A stretch of 61,772 nucleotides of DNA, the filler included, from Dimargaris cristalligena (lineage: Eukaryota): assembly GCA_003614675.1 (NCBI GenBank). It is 12 parts of 12 records of this genome, joined end to end, with 100 filler letters (N's around TTAATTAATTAA, not from the genome) between each part and the next. Parts side by side here need not be neighbours in the genome. Positions count along the whole stretch, not along the records: positions 1 to 5,117 come from ML003683.1; positions 5,218 to 10,331 come from ML003684.1; positions 10,432 to 15,543 come from ML003685.1; 9 more parts are not named here. The stretch is one strand, 5' to 3'. Numbering within the stretch: position 1 is the stretch's first letter; the number at the start of each line of letters is the position of its first letter. Positions 1 through 11,113 of the stretch are shown here, piece by piece. The translations under genes were made by a program, and so were the position numbers. The notes beneath the pieces are model-generated. The model was given only the letters and a program-made list of their open reading frames with translations. It was not told where the DNA came from and made no database searches.

Positions 1-91
1 GGAACAGTAAGTCTATCATCACCTTTCCCTTTTATTATCTATCTTTTCAAATAAAGTTCAGTTTTCAAGGATTTGATTTCAGTTCTTTACA
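1..91 (+). mobile_element. 3' end of LTR family B (AATAAA...TTACA), inserted in a family A LTR
   Basis: 31..85 is identical to 41427..41481; contains AATAAA and ends TTACA, directly followed by family A LTR sequence. Confidence 0.55.
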
Positions 92-282
92 CCCCCCTTA
101 TACTAACTAGTAAGTGTGCCTGCAGTATGTTCCTGACATTTACCTGCATTATCCTTTATTGGTTAGTACTACACCCCCATCCTAATGCTAGTAGCCCACT
201 TGGCTGAGTCTAAGCCATGCCTACTATTAGAAGCCTATCCTCAGGACTCTTGATGGACTAAGAGTGGTAAACCTGGGTGACA
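92..282 (+). mobile_element. 3' part of LTR family A
   Basis: Aligns by eye to ~35130..35324; ends GGGTGACA. Confidence 0.8.
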
Positions 283-469
283 ATTCCTAGCAGAACTATT
301 TAGATACCAATAGCCTCCAGCTAATCTCTTTAGTATTCCCTTTTAAATAGTCAGTGGGACTATTTAGGCTTATAATAACTATACCCAGGGTATAACCTAT
401 TTATTTCTTGGCCTATATTACTTCTAGTGTGTGTGCTAAATCATTTTACCCTCACCCTATTAATAGTAA

Positions 470-613
470 ATATGGGTGAAATGCAGCCCAGCTGTATAAG
501 GTTTTAAATGATATGTGTATGGGATAATACATGGGAGATTTATTTTTAACCAGTAATATTCACTTCATCTAATGGATTTTTTATTATACAGCTTGGTTAA
601 ACCTCTCCCATAT
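470..613. mobile_element. ~145-bp MITE-like element (family C)
   Basis: Imperfect TIRs ATATGGGTGAA..CAGCTGTATAA / TTATACAGC..CTCTCCCATAT; further copies elsewhere in the window. Confidence 0.7.
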
Positions 614-2102
614 GTATTACTGCATAGTGCAGGTTTAGGGGGAAGTCTATTTTTTATCAATTCCTTTATTGGTTTTATCAAAACTGGATTATTACCCAAA
701 ATACCCCTATCTATCCAAAATAAGTATTGCTACTGGACTCACTGCCTAGAGTCGACCATTATTTCTGAAACTGTGAGAAAAGACAATTCCTTTAGCAATG
801 GGCCCAGAAGATGGTGGAGGAGAATGGTCCAGGTTGGAGAAATTGCCAATATCCATTTAACACCTGCTACAATTGCCTTAGTCTTGCAATTTGGGTATTT
901 AAACCCACCCTTTTTTGCCCCTTAGTTCAGGGAGTGGCCCATCCATGATGAACTAGTTTATATTGCCAACTCCCCCAGCTACACTTATCACAATAAAATT
1001 ATCCTTATAAAAACAATACTGTTTTGTTCTAAGTATCCATGTCCTGGAACTCCTGAGGTATCTCCATTGCTGCCTCCATCCCGCCCTTGCTTGCTGTTTG
1101 AGTGGTTGTTCCCCCTGTCCTCCTCATGGTCTGGTGCACCTCCACCTGGTGGGGCCATGATGAACCTTCCCGGGTCCCTGGGCCACGTCAATACAAATAC
1201 ATGCTAGCAAAATATATTAGCATCCCCTTACACCTTTACCAGTTGATTTCTATCTACTTTACTTCTCTCTGTTTGTACAAATTAATTGTTAGTCCATGAA
1301 ACCTCTTCTTTGATTATTTCACGCTGCACCTAGCCGCCTATTATATATTAAAAAAGACACCAGGGCCAATATTTCACAAGTCCAGGCCCAATGCAATGGT
1401 GGCTGATTGGCAGTGTTGGGTAATCGCAGCCCACAGATTATCCCACCAAACATTCTGTTAGGAGCAGTGTGAGTGGGGAATTAATTGGCTTGTGAAAATG
1501 GACTTAGCGGGAAAAAAGACCATTTAGAGTTAATTGTGGGTGTGTCTGGTAGTTGTGCCAATGGCCAGTCTATTAAGAGATCGGAGCCGACCGACGGACG
1601 ATAGGCCAATGGGAGCAGCGATGAAGTCTCATTTTAGTTGCTTTTATGGTATGCTACGAAGGGGGGGGATTTTTTCATGTTTTTTTGAACCTGGGGAGAG
1701 AATAGGTGAGACAAAGGAATGAAAAACCAATGGATAGAACAGTGTGGTGTCGCTGCAGCAGCCCCTCGCAACTTGGGTCTTGGCTTGCTTGGTCTTTACG
1801 AGCTCGTGGCCCTTGCTGCTTTATTATTCTTTTATCACGAGTGTTATTGTTACTTTCAGAGGTCTATTCCCTTGGTTTCGTTTAATCTCCCTAATTGGTC
1901 TCATTAAGGTAAGCTTGGCCTGCTGTATATACCCCCCTACCCACACACACACATACTCTAGCTAGTTTCCTGTTCATCCATCTTAGAATGCCCATCTTCA
2001 CTTGTACTCAGCGACGCGTCATCTTGTTACTCTCCCCTTTATTCCATCATCCATCTACCTAGACTTAATATATATATATATATATATAGATATACCTTCG
2101 CC

Positions 2103-2972
2103 ATGGACGTCCCCGTCGCTGCCGCCCCGAGCATCTTCCCGGTGAACTTCTATGAGCACTTCGCTCAGGGCTACCAGGCCCTAGTGGGCAAGCCGGCCGC
2201 GTCCTTCCAGTACATACGCGGTGAAACTCCCCTCTCCACCAACCTGGAGTCCTTTGCCATCATGGCCACTTACTTCGTGGTCATCTTTGGCGGGCAGGCC
2301 GTGATGAAGAACTTTAATCCTATTCGCGCCAATCTGCTTTTCCAGATCCACAACTTCCTGCTAACCGTACTCTCGGCCGGTCTGTTGGTGCTCTTCGTTG
2401 AGCAGATTTACCCCATCCTGAGCCAACACGGTGTGTTCTATTCCGTGTGCAACTCCGGGGCCTGGACCCAGCCTTTGGAACTGCTCTACTACCTGAACTA
2501 CCTGACCAAGTACTACGAACTCATTGATACCGTGTTCCTGGTCCTCCGTAAGAAGAAGCTGGAATTCCTACACTACTACCACCACAGCCTGACGATGCTC
2601 CTGTGCTTCACCCAGCTGAACGGCCGCACCGCTGTCTCGTACGTGCCCATTACCCTGAACCTGGCCGTCCACGTCCTCATGTACTACTACTACTGGCGCG
2701 CGAGCTGCGGGGTCAAGATCTGGTGGAAGAAGTACCTGACCATTTTTCAGATCACTCAGTTTATCATTGATCTGGGGTTTGTCTACTTCTGCGCCTACAC
2801 CTATTTCACCGCTACCTACTTCCCCCATATGCCCAACATGGGTTCCTGCACTGGCACTGAGTCCGCCGCCATCTTCGGCTGCGCCCTGCTCTCGTCGTAC
2901 CTGCTTCTTTTCATCCAGTTCTTCCTCAAGACCTACACCAAGAAACCCGTTGTCGCCAAGAAGGATAATTAG
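2103..2972 (+). CDS. Fatty acid elongase, GNS1/SUR4 (ELO) family
   Basis: KYYELIDTVFLVLRKK, LHYYHH histidine box, NLAVHVLMYYYY, TIFQITQF, C-terminal KKxx ER-retrieval motif; intronless. Confidence 0.96.
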   Translation: MDVPVAAAPSIFPVNFYEHFAQGYQALVGKPAASFQYIRGETPLSTNLESFAIMATYFVVIFGGQAVMKNFNPIRANLLFQIHNFLLTVLSAGLLVLFVEQIYPILSQHGVFYSVCNSGAWTQPLELLYYLNYLTKYYELIDTVFLVLRKKKLEFLHYYHHSLTMLLCFTQLNGRTAVSYVPITLNLAVHVLMYYYYWRASCGVKIWWKKYLTIFQITQFIIDLGFVYFCAYTYFTATYFPHMPNMGSCTGTESAAIFGCALLSSYLLLFIQFFLKTYTKKPVVAKKDN

Positions 2973-5117
2973 ATCGACAATATACCTTCATGATCTGTAC
3001 CCCCCTTTCCTTTCCTTTATTCACTTCGTCAATACATACCTTCCTTCTCTATATATACATACTTGTACGTTTGGCTTTAGCCCCTTGGGGTGACCCGAGT
3101 CTTCTTTATCCCCTCGTCCAATTTACTGGTTATTCTTTACGACAATATGGACCGTCGGGCCCCCTCCCTTGATGCAATGCCCGCCTGGTTTCTCGCGCTT
3201 TTGAATGTTCTATTTATGCCTTTGCTGATCGTTCTTGGATTTACCTTGGCATCACCCCCTCCGTAATAAACCTAATTTAACCGTATTGACTCTTCCTTCT
3301 TGGTATTAACATCTGCAATTATCCACCCTGCCATTTTAAGGCGAGGGAGTGTTGGAGAGGGATGTCTCAAGTTGGTTTACCCCTCATCTCCACTTTATCT
3401 TATTGGGTTTCCAGATTTCCACGCCGCACTCTCAGGACCCAGTCGCCTTCCCAGTTTATGCAGGAGATATGCCCTGGGCGCCCTAAACAATCAGTCATCC
3501 CCCCCCCTCAGCTATCCTATTAACTCCCGGGTATCATCTATGCAGGGGCCCATTTTCCGGAAAGCTGCCCAACAGTCCCCTAACCATTCGATATACCCAG
3601 CGGCGCGAGCCAGCCTGAGTGATTATTGGCAGTCTAATTGACCCGGCCTAATCAATCGCACCCGTTCACTCGACGACTCTTTTTATATTCTAGCCCAATC
3701 TCCGTCCAGTTGACTGTTTATATTATTTTTGAGGGTTCGTACTCAAATGAATGGTCGAATTTACCCGTATTTCATCTCGGTGGGGGCTTCCAGAACCAAT
3801 TAATTCATTAACCCATCCATTTTGATGTTGAAGTGTAGAGACGACCGATTGGCGTAATTAGATACCGATGCGGTGGGGCGAAAAACCCTAAGGTATCATT
3901 CAACATCCAAAATTTGGTATTTGATATTCAATTTGGTGAATGGAGTGGCAATGGGTCAGATGTGTGCAATTATTCCTGCCCTGACCACTGTGCCATCGTA
4001 TATATTACAGGGCCTTCTTGTGACTGCATCCCCTACCCCTTGGCTTTTCCGTTCATCCGGGTCTTTGTGTCGGACCTGGCGCTCCATAATTTGGGGTTTG
4101 ACAGGCCTGGTGTAACTGATTGAGGTAGTGATCGACACCAAGATATGGGGCTCTACTAATTCGACGGCTCTGTATAAAATAAACGGAGCAAGTCTGCTGA
4201 CTCCCAAGCTCAATAGGAGGTGGGTCGGGGTGTTAAATTACCGAGTCTCTGGCGACCTTCCTCGTTCCATGGAACAGATTTCCTTCCCAATTTTACCTGA
4301 TATTCGAGGCATTCCTTTATTTACGTCAACCCTTGCCAAAGACAGACCAATGCCCTTCATAGCCCGCCGCATTTCGTTAAAAAGGTATCACGTGTTGCCT
4401 TGACCTCCATGGCCCCCACTCTCTATGTTAATAGAAGGATACCTTAGTAAGCCCTTGTCCGCTGGAATAATTCATGAATGGTTGATGGCGGGGAAAATGA
4501 ATGTGGGGAGAATTAGGGCTATATTGTCACTCCGCCCCGCCGATAGGAGTAAACTCTGACTCTGACTCTACTCTGGTGTATGTGTGGGAGGGGATTGGGG
4601 TATGAGCCCGTCTCTATATTCCTTTAATACCGGTTCCTTTCCTCTCTCGTTGTGTGTGCCATTCGACCGTTTATTACGGCCCATCCCGAAGAACATCTTG
4701 CGGTGGCTCGACTTGTTCTGCTAGGACCTTTCCCAACACTGCCTCGGGGGGTTTTCCTTAAATTATATAGTTAGTTATATGTTCTACTAGCTGACTTGAC
4801 TTGCATTGTGTTTTTCACTATTGGTTTTTCCCGACCATATCTACTCACCCGGCAATATAAACCTCGTTCAGTTGAATGGGAGTGTGCCGCGACCCTTCGC
4901 CCCACAGCTGACCCTAGTTCGCCAGTGCCCATCCGCTTGCGATACTTATCACTGGCCCGTTTCGTGGAGTGTTTACTTCCCTGGTCAAAGGTGATCCCCG
5001 CGCTTTCGGCGACCCTTGAAGCCTCGACCGTCACAACGAATGTGTGAGGGGAGCGCTACTCTAGACTTCCCAGCACCGTCTTTGCAGTTCCTTCATCCGT
5101 ATATGCGCACTTGACCC

Positions 5118-5217
5118 NNNNNNNNNNNNNNNNNNNNNNNNNNNNNNNNNNNNNNNNNNNNTTAATTAATTAANNNNNNNNNNNNNNNNNNNNNNNNNNN
5201 NNNNNNNNNNNNNNNNN
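5118..5217. other. Artificial contig linker (also 10332-10431, 15544-15643, 20716-20815, 25880-25979, 31042-31141, 36189-36288, 41327-41426, 46453-46552, 51563-51662, 56671-56770)
   Basis: N44 + TTAATTAATTAA (stops in all six frames) + N44, repeated 11 times. Confidence 0.98.
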
Positions 5218-5219
5218 CC

Positions 5220-8200
5220 TACGAGACGCTCAACAACCACACCTCCGTATTCCAGGATATAACTCGCCGCTGGTCCTGCCTCGTTATCGATGAGGGACAC
5301 CGGCTTAAGAATGATGCAAACAAACTATTCGTGCAGCTACGTAAAATACCGACCCAGCATACGGTGCTGCTCACTGGTACCCCCTTGCAGAACAATGTAC
5401 AGGAGCTCTTTACCCTCATGAGTTTTATCGATCCTACGGAATTTGGCGACATTGAAACCCTGTCCGCCCGGTACGCCAGCCTTCAAGGGGACCAGATACC
5501 GGAGCTGCACGGTCTTATTAAGCCGTATATTCTCCGGCGCACCAAAACCGAGGTACTCCGGGACACGGTCCCATCCAAGCATGAGGTGATTGTGCCCATA
5601 ACCATGACCACCATCCAAAAGGAACTTTACCGGTCCACGCTGAGTAAGAACTTTACCCTGCTAAACAGCATCACCCACCAGATTGCAGCACTTCGCTCCA
5701 AAGGGGATGCCAAGGATGGGGCTTCAGCGAGCAAGTCCTCAACGGTGGCTCCAACCTCCCGGGTGGGCCTGTTGAATATTCTAATGACCTTGCGCCAATT
5801 ACTGAACCACCCATACATTCTGCCCGGGGTGGAACCACCGCTGGACGACCCAGAACAGCAGTTGCGTGAACTCATCGACGCCTCGGGAAAACTCCGTCTT
5901 TTACATACCATGTTGACGGTCATGCGTGAGCGGGGACACCGAGTCCTTATCTTTTCCCAAATGAAGCGCGTGCTCGACGTGTTGGACGATTACATGGTGG
6001 CGGAGGCCATCCCTTTCCTCCGTCTAGATGGGGACACACCAGCAGCTGAACGGCAACGCATGGTAGACCTTTACAACGCCCCCGAGTCACCTTACTTCGT
6101 CTTTATGCTAACGACCCGGGCGGGCGGGGTAGGGCTCAATCTAGCCACGGCCGATGTGGTCATTATCTATGATATCGACTTTAACCCCCAGGCAGACCTC
6201 CAAGCCATCAGTCGCGCACACCGCATCGGGCAGCGCAAACGGGTCATGGCCTTCCGATTTATCACCCGGGACACGGTGGAAGAGCGGATCGCTCAAATCG
6301 GAAATCAAAAGCGGGTACTAGACCACCTTATCATCGAAAAGCTGGACAAGGGGGACGTGGACCCGGTCAACACCCTGAGCATTCTGCAGTACGGCGCCCA
6401 AGCCCTATTCGAGTCGGACTCCGAGGACGAGGAGGAGAAGGCGCCGGCCAAGCCTGCGGGTGATCAGGACAAGCCGACCTTAAAACCAGACTCGGCGGAG
6501 CCCCCCCGAACCACACTCGCGCGCAAGACCCGAAACCGGGCCATTCGGTACAGCGCCGATGATATCCGAGCATTGTTGGATCGTACCGAGCAGGAAATGA
6601 TCGATCAGGAAACCCGCCACGAGGAATCGACTTCATCCGATCAACCTGGTACCAACAGCTTTGCGTTCGCCAAGGTTTGGTCGCAGGACAGTGGGAGAAA
6701 AGAATTCACTGAGTTGGCCAATGGGGAACCGGGCACCAGCGGAAACGTTGACCAAGCTGCCGCCGGTGTCACCGCCTCGTCTGAGGATGGAGCCCTCGAC
6801 GTGGACGACTCCTTTTGGGAGCGGCTTTTGAAGGATCAGGCCTCAGCTGGCGGCGAGTCCCTTCTCGAACCCGCACAGCAGCTCGGGCGCGGCCTCCGCA
6901 CAGTGAAACGAATCCGGTATTTCGAAAAGCCCGATAAGAATGGATCGAGTCCGAAATCGAAGCGGGTTAAGACGTCCTCTCAGGACCCTGAATACCACCA
7001 CGTCGACGTAGAAGAGTCCGCTGAGAGCGACCTCGAGCCAGGTGAAATTGTGGAAAAGCCAGCTCAGCCACCCTTGGTTCCAGCCAACCCTCCAGTTTGG
7101 CCCCCATCAGTGAACCCCCAATTTCCCCGTTCAGTACCACAAACGACAGGGGGGAGCCAGCCGCCTCCTCCGGCTGGCCCGGCACCACCGGTCAGCATTC
7201 CTCCCCGCCCGGCCCAGCCCAACTACGGATGGGTGCATCCTTCTCGTCACACTAGCGCCCAAAAGCCCTCCCCTATCCCTACGAACGGGAGTGTTCTGCC
7301 CCTTAGACCGAATAGACCTGCCCCGGCGAACGTCACCAGAGAGGTGGCCCCTGGTCTGTCTCCAACCATCCCTGTACCTGGGCCCGTAAATTTGGCAACA
7401 GTCTTCCAATTTTCGCAGCTACCCGCTTTCCATGCCCGGATGAAAGAGCAGCATGTTCCGACCAGTCCCCCGGATTTGTTCCGATTCATGTCAACCGGTA
7501 AGCAGCTCCTGCGTTCGGGATACGAAGCCCAGCAGCTGACCCGACCTTGCCCGGTATGCCACCTCGATCATAACCTTGCCTGCTACTACATTTACCACCC
7601 CTTCCTCGCGATGTTCCTGGGTCGCCTCTTGGGGACGGCCAAGTTTATTGGCCAACCCGCGATGGTTAAGCCCATCAGGGACTGGTATAACAACCAACTC
7701 AGCCTACACCTTCAGTTTCTCTACCAGGATCATAAGAAGTCTCAGGGCCAAACTTCCTGTAGGGCCAATGCGCAGCCGATTCTCTCAGCTGCCCAGCCCC
7801 GTAAAATGCCCACTAGTCAGGTCCATGATAGGTATTCTCAGCAACCCACTAGCAACCAGTGGTCGCCCCGAGCAGGCATTATTGGAGACGGGTCACCAGC
7901 GATAGGATCCATCCCGCTGCAGTCACCCAGCTGGCCTCAGGGGGCGCAAAGTCACTCGACTATGAACAGTTCTTACACCACCTATTCGTCGGCACAGGTC
8001 TTCCCGCAGCCCTACCAGACGTATGCCAATCCACCGGTCTCGACGCCAACTAGTATAGCTTATTTCCCCACCCAGTCACTATATTGTTCTCAAGCTCAGC
8101 AGCCAGTTCCCAGTCTAACCGCAATCGGTTCGCATATACCTTCCGGAACGGTCTATCACTCCTTTCCTCTCCCCCCTCCCCAGACCACTTCCTGGCCGGA

Positions 8201-8921
8201 ATATCAAAGATCGGTGGATAACGCCCACCTGGTTGCATCGTCCCATTATTATACGCCCAACCGTGATAAAATGACCGTGGTGGAAACCGAGCCAAAGATT
8301 GTTGAACTATCACCAAGCCCCCAGGTTGGGAATTCGGCAATGGTGCATCGGCCCGTATACACCCGAGCCAGCCACTCCGCGGAAGGGGCTACATATCAAC
8401 CAAGTGCGCGACCCCCGACTTACACGATACCGCAAAGTATTGGTACGGGAGCTGTCCCGGCACCGCAAAGCACTAGTACGGCAGTTGTCCCGGCACCACG
8501 GATTATGAGATTACCGCTCCCCATCGCCCCCGCCCAGCCGGTCGTTAACCAACCCATGGTACCACTCGCTTTGGCGGCGGCCATTCCGTCGACGATTTCT
8601 CCCACTGTCACTAAGACTAGCCAGTTTACAGGGTCCCGACACGACCCCTCCCCACCCCTACGTCTGACCACTTACGACACCATGTGCTGCCTATGTACCG
8701 AGGATTTAGACAACCCTAACCCTAGCATGGAAACCCCCCATAAGCCCCGAGACTGTCCCCGCCGCTTCAACACCGCGTTGATTGAACAGCAGATTGAACA
8801 CATAAATAAGCAGGAGAACCTGCCCCGGCTGACCAAGTCCGGCTGGCTATCGACTGCCCATGTCTACTTACAGGAGGCCATCCTGTCGGATCAGTACAAG
8901 GATACTACTGCCCAACCTTAG
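5220..8921 (+). CDS. SNF2-family CHD (Mi-2/CHD3/Mit1-like) chromatin remodeler, 5'-partial
   Basis: Frame open from contig edge: YETL..LVIDEGHRLKN, LLTGTPLQNN, ILRRTK, SGKL, VLIFSQM, TRAGGVGLNL, QAISRAHRIGQ; then FAFAKVW, FWERLL..LGRGLR and C-terminal Cys/His clusters. Confidence 0.92.
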   Translation, partial: YETLNNHTSVFQDITRRWSCLVIDEGHRLKNDANKLFVQLRKIPTQHTVLLTGTPLQNNVQELFTLMSFIDPTEFGDIETLSARYASLQGDQIPELHGLIKPYILRRTKTEVLRDTVPSKHEVIVPITMTTIQKELYRSTLSKNFTLLNSITHQIAALRSKGDAKDGASASKSSTVAPTSRVGLLNILMTLRQLLNHPYILPGVEPPLDDPEQQLRELIDASGKLRLLHTMLTVMRERGHRVLIFSQMKRVLDVLDDYMVAEAIPFLRLDGDTPAAERQRMVDLYNAPESPYFVFMLTTRAGGVGLNLATADVVIIYDIDFNPQADLQAISRAHRIGQRKRVMAFRFITRDTVEERIAQIGNQKRVLDHLIIEKLDKGDVDPVNTLSILQYGAQALFESDSEDEEEKAPAKPAGDQDKPTLKPDSAEPPRTTLARKTRNRAIRYSADDIRALLDRTEQEMIDQETRHEESTSSDQPGTNSFAFAKVWSQDSGRKEFTELANGEPGTSGNVDQAAAGVTASSEDGALDVDDSFWERLLKDQASAGGESLLEPAQQLGRGLRTVKRIRYFEKPDKNGSSPKSKRVKTSSQDPEYHHVDVEESAESDLEPGEIVEKPAQPPLVPANPPVWPPSVNPQFPRSVPQTTGGSQPPPPAGPAPPVSIPPRPAQPNYGWVHPSRHTSAQKPSPIPTNGSVLPLRPNRPAPANVTREVAPGLSPTIPVPGPVNLATVFQFSQLPAFHARMKEQHVPTSPPDLFRFMSTGKQLLRSGYEAQQLTRPCPVCHLDHNLACYYIYHPFLAMFLGRLLGTAKFIGQPAMVKPIRDWYNNQLSLHLQFLYQDHKKSQGQTSCRANAQPILSAAQPRKMPTSQVHDRYSQQPTSNQWSPRAGIIGDGSPAIGSIPLQSPSWPQGAQSHSTMNSSYTTYSSAQVFPQPYQTYANPPVSTPTSIAYFPTQSLYCSQAQQPVPSLTAIGSHIPSGTVYHSFPLPPPQTTSWPEYQRSVDNAHLVASSHYYTPNRDKMTVVETEPKIVELSPSPQVGNSAMVHRPVYTRASHSAEGATYQPSARPPTYTIPQSIGTGAVPAPQSTSTAVVPAPRIMRLPLPIAPAQPVVNQPMVPLALAAAIPSTISPTVTKTSQFTGSRHDPSPPLRLTTYDTMCCLCTEDLDNPNPSMETPHKPRDCPRRFNTALIEQQIEHINKQENLPRLTKSGWLSTAHVYLQEAILSDQYKDTTAQP

Positions 8922-9399
8922 TCATAGTCAGCCATGGTGCCCATAATCCCCCATCTATATCCCCCCTTATTAAATGTCACGCTCGCGCTATTCATTACAA
9001 ACGTAACGAATCAGGTTCTACCCCACCATCCCTATACCTCTATAGTTATTTACCATAAACCTAATTAGATTTCCATTTATACAGGCCATTTCTCATTTTA
9101 TGACTTTCATTTATATATTAAGTCCGTCTTTCAGGGTTTTTGCCGGCGTTTTCTTGATGCCCAGGGGTGTTATTTGTTACGCTCAGTATTAAACGGCTAT
9201 GTTGACACTTTTATGCATGCATAGGAGAAGTTCAGTGTAGCTGTATAAGTTCATGAATAAAAATTTGCTATTTATAAAACGGGATTATCGTTTATTTTTA
9301 TTGAAGCAGAATGTGCAGTTCGTAATGGGGCATATTTTGAACATAGGCAATCTTTGCAATCCGTCTTCTATGCCTAATTACCGCATAATCATATTAACC

Positions 9400-9545
9400 A
9401 TATGGGAGAAGTTCATCCAGGCTGTATAATGAAAAATCCACTGGATTAGGCCAGTGTTACTGGTTAAAGGCTATTCTCACATATTCATTCGCCCATACAC
9501 GTATTATGTAAAACCTTATACAATTGGTTTGAATTTCACCCATAT
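9400..9545. mobile_element. MITE family C copy (opposite orientation to 470..613)
   Basis: ATATGGGAGAAGTTCA...GAATTTCACCCATAT. Confidence 0.7.
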
Positions 9546-10170
9546 TTTCTAAGAATGGATTTGGCCGGATATTATCTGTACAAATCCATTTTGATCTATG
9601 TTTGAGAGCTGTCCGAGGTCCATACCACCATTATACATTCACTTAATACAATCCCCATGTACTTTGACTGCCCCATAACGCACCATCGACTATTTACTAC
9701 ATAATCTCCTCAGCTCGATTACTAATAAAACTGAGTAATGGCCCTACCATCTTGCTCTGCCCGGCCAATATGAAGGGCTCCAACGAGGTTTGATATATGG
9801 CATTTGTTCCCGCGCCGTTCGGGTGTATTATCGTAATCTATTTAATAAAGTGTTCTTCGCACCGTGTTTCTCTGCCCTGAACTGCTTGTACTGAACCATT
9901 ATACTTAAAACCACCAGGGGGTTTTTTTAGGCCCATGGTGCCAGAACTATAATCATTTCCTAGCTTTACTGGAGTTCGGGCTATATTTCTAAGTAACCTT
10001 CTACACGACCTACTATCCGAATTATATATATATATATATAAGTATAATAAAACGGGTACAACCCAGATTTCCTAATAGTTAAAAATAGTGTCTATATAAA
10101 TAAGTTAAATAACAGGGCATTGTAAAAAAATATCGAATCTACTCCGGGAAAAAAACTAATAATAATATAA

Positions 10171-10329
10171 TTAGCTGGGGGTCACGCCGTAGAGATAAGT
10201 CGGGTCAACGGAGTGCCGGTGCGTGACGGCAAAGGCAGCCTCGACCGTACTCGCTAGGTTGGCCTCGTCGTGCTCTTCCAGTTTAATACCCGGCTGGCCG
10301 GCCGAGTGAAAACCGTGGGTTTCGGCCAA
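10171..10329 (-). CDS. 3' end of an unidentified gene (LAETHGF...LYGVTPS*), truncated by contig end
   Basis: GC-rich open frame from contig edge to TAA, followed by an abrupt switch to AT-rich sequence. Confidence 0.45.
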   Translation of the reverse strand: MAETHGFHSAGQPGIKLEEHDEANLASTVEAAFAVTHRHSVDPTYLYGVTPS

Positions 10330-10431
10330 CANNNNNNNNNNNNNNNNNNNNNNNNNNNNNNNNNNNNNNNNNNNNTTAATTAATTAANNNNNNNNNNNNN
10401 NNNNNNNNNNNNNNNNNNNNNNNNNNNNNNN

Positions 10432-11113
10432 TGGCCCGGCCCCGCCCTTTGGTCACCATAGTACTAGCGAAGGCCAGATTAATACGGTCACCGAGGGGCT
10501 GGTGGGGGTCTTCGATGGGGGTCGTTATTTTGGCCACGGGAAGCGACTCGCCGGTGAGGAGCGCCTCGTCGATTTCCAAGTTGAAGACTTCGCACATCCG
10601 GCAGTCCGCCCCCACGACATCGCCGACTTCAAAAACGAGTATATCGCCGGGGACCAGGTCAATGGTGGCTATGGTTACGAGATGGCCGCTACGGAGCACC
10701 CGGGAAGTGGGCGAGGCCATCTTGCGCAGGGAGTCCATCGTTTTTTCGGCGCGGTATTCCTGGAAGAAACCGATGGTGACGTTGAGGGCGACGATAAAGG
10801 CAATAACGCCCCCTTCGATCCAGTCCTTGACGACAAACGAAATGACCAAAGCGGCGATGAGGACTAGGGTCATGGCGTTGGCGACTTGCCGGAAACACAC
10901 CCGAAGGGCACTGACCCCGCCCTGGCCCCGGAGTTGGTTGGGGCCGTGTTGGACTAAACGGGCCTGCACCTCGGAGGAAGTCAGGCCTTCCTGGCTGTCG
11001 GTGGTGAGTTGGTCGAGACATTCAGGGATGGTCAATGTGTGGTAGGCGGTTCCAGTGGCAGTCGGGACCTGTGTTCGGTAACGACGACGCAAAAACGCGG
11101 GCAAAGCTAGCAT
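10432..11113 (-). CDS. P-type cation ATPase, ENA (P2D Na+/K+ efflux) type, 3'-partial
   Basis: GLT..V..RL..HGPNQL, TM1/TM2, QEYRAEKTMDSLR, LVPGD, ADCR, DEALLTGES; first ATG at 11113. Confidence 0.88.

Noticed and set aside
2068..2092. (AT)n runs near gene starts (also ~11257, ~16695, ~28526) as 6mA cluster sites
   Set aside because: Methylation cannot be read from sequence, and AT microsatellites are common
4660..5117. Possible minus-strand gene fragment at the end of contig 1
   Set aside because: Stops in each frame examined and no recognisable motif
10171..11113. Joining the 10171..10329 fragment to the ENA ATPase across the gap
   Set aside because: Contig order is by size, most of the ATPase is missing, and the fragment has no ATPase motif
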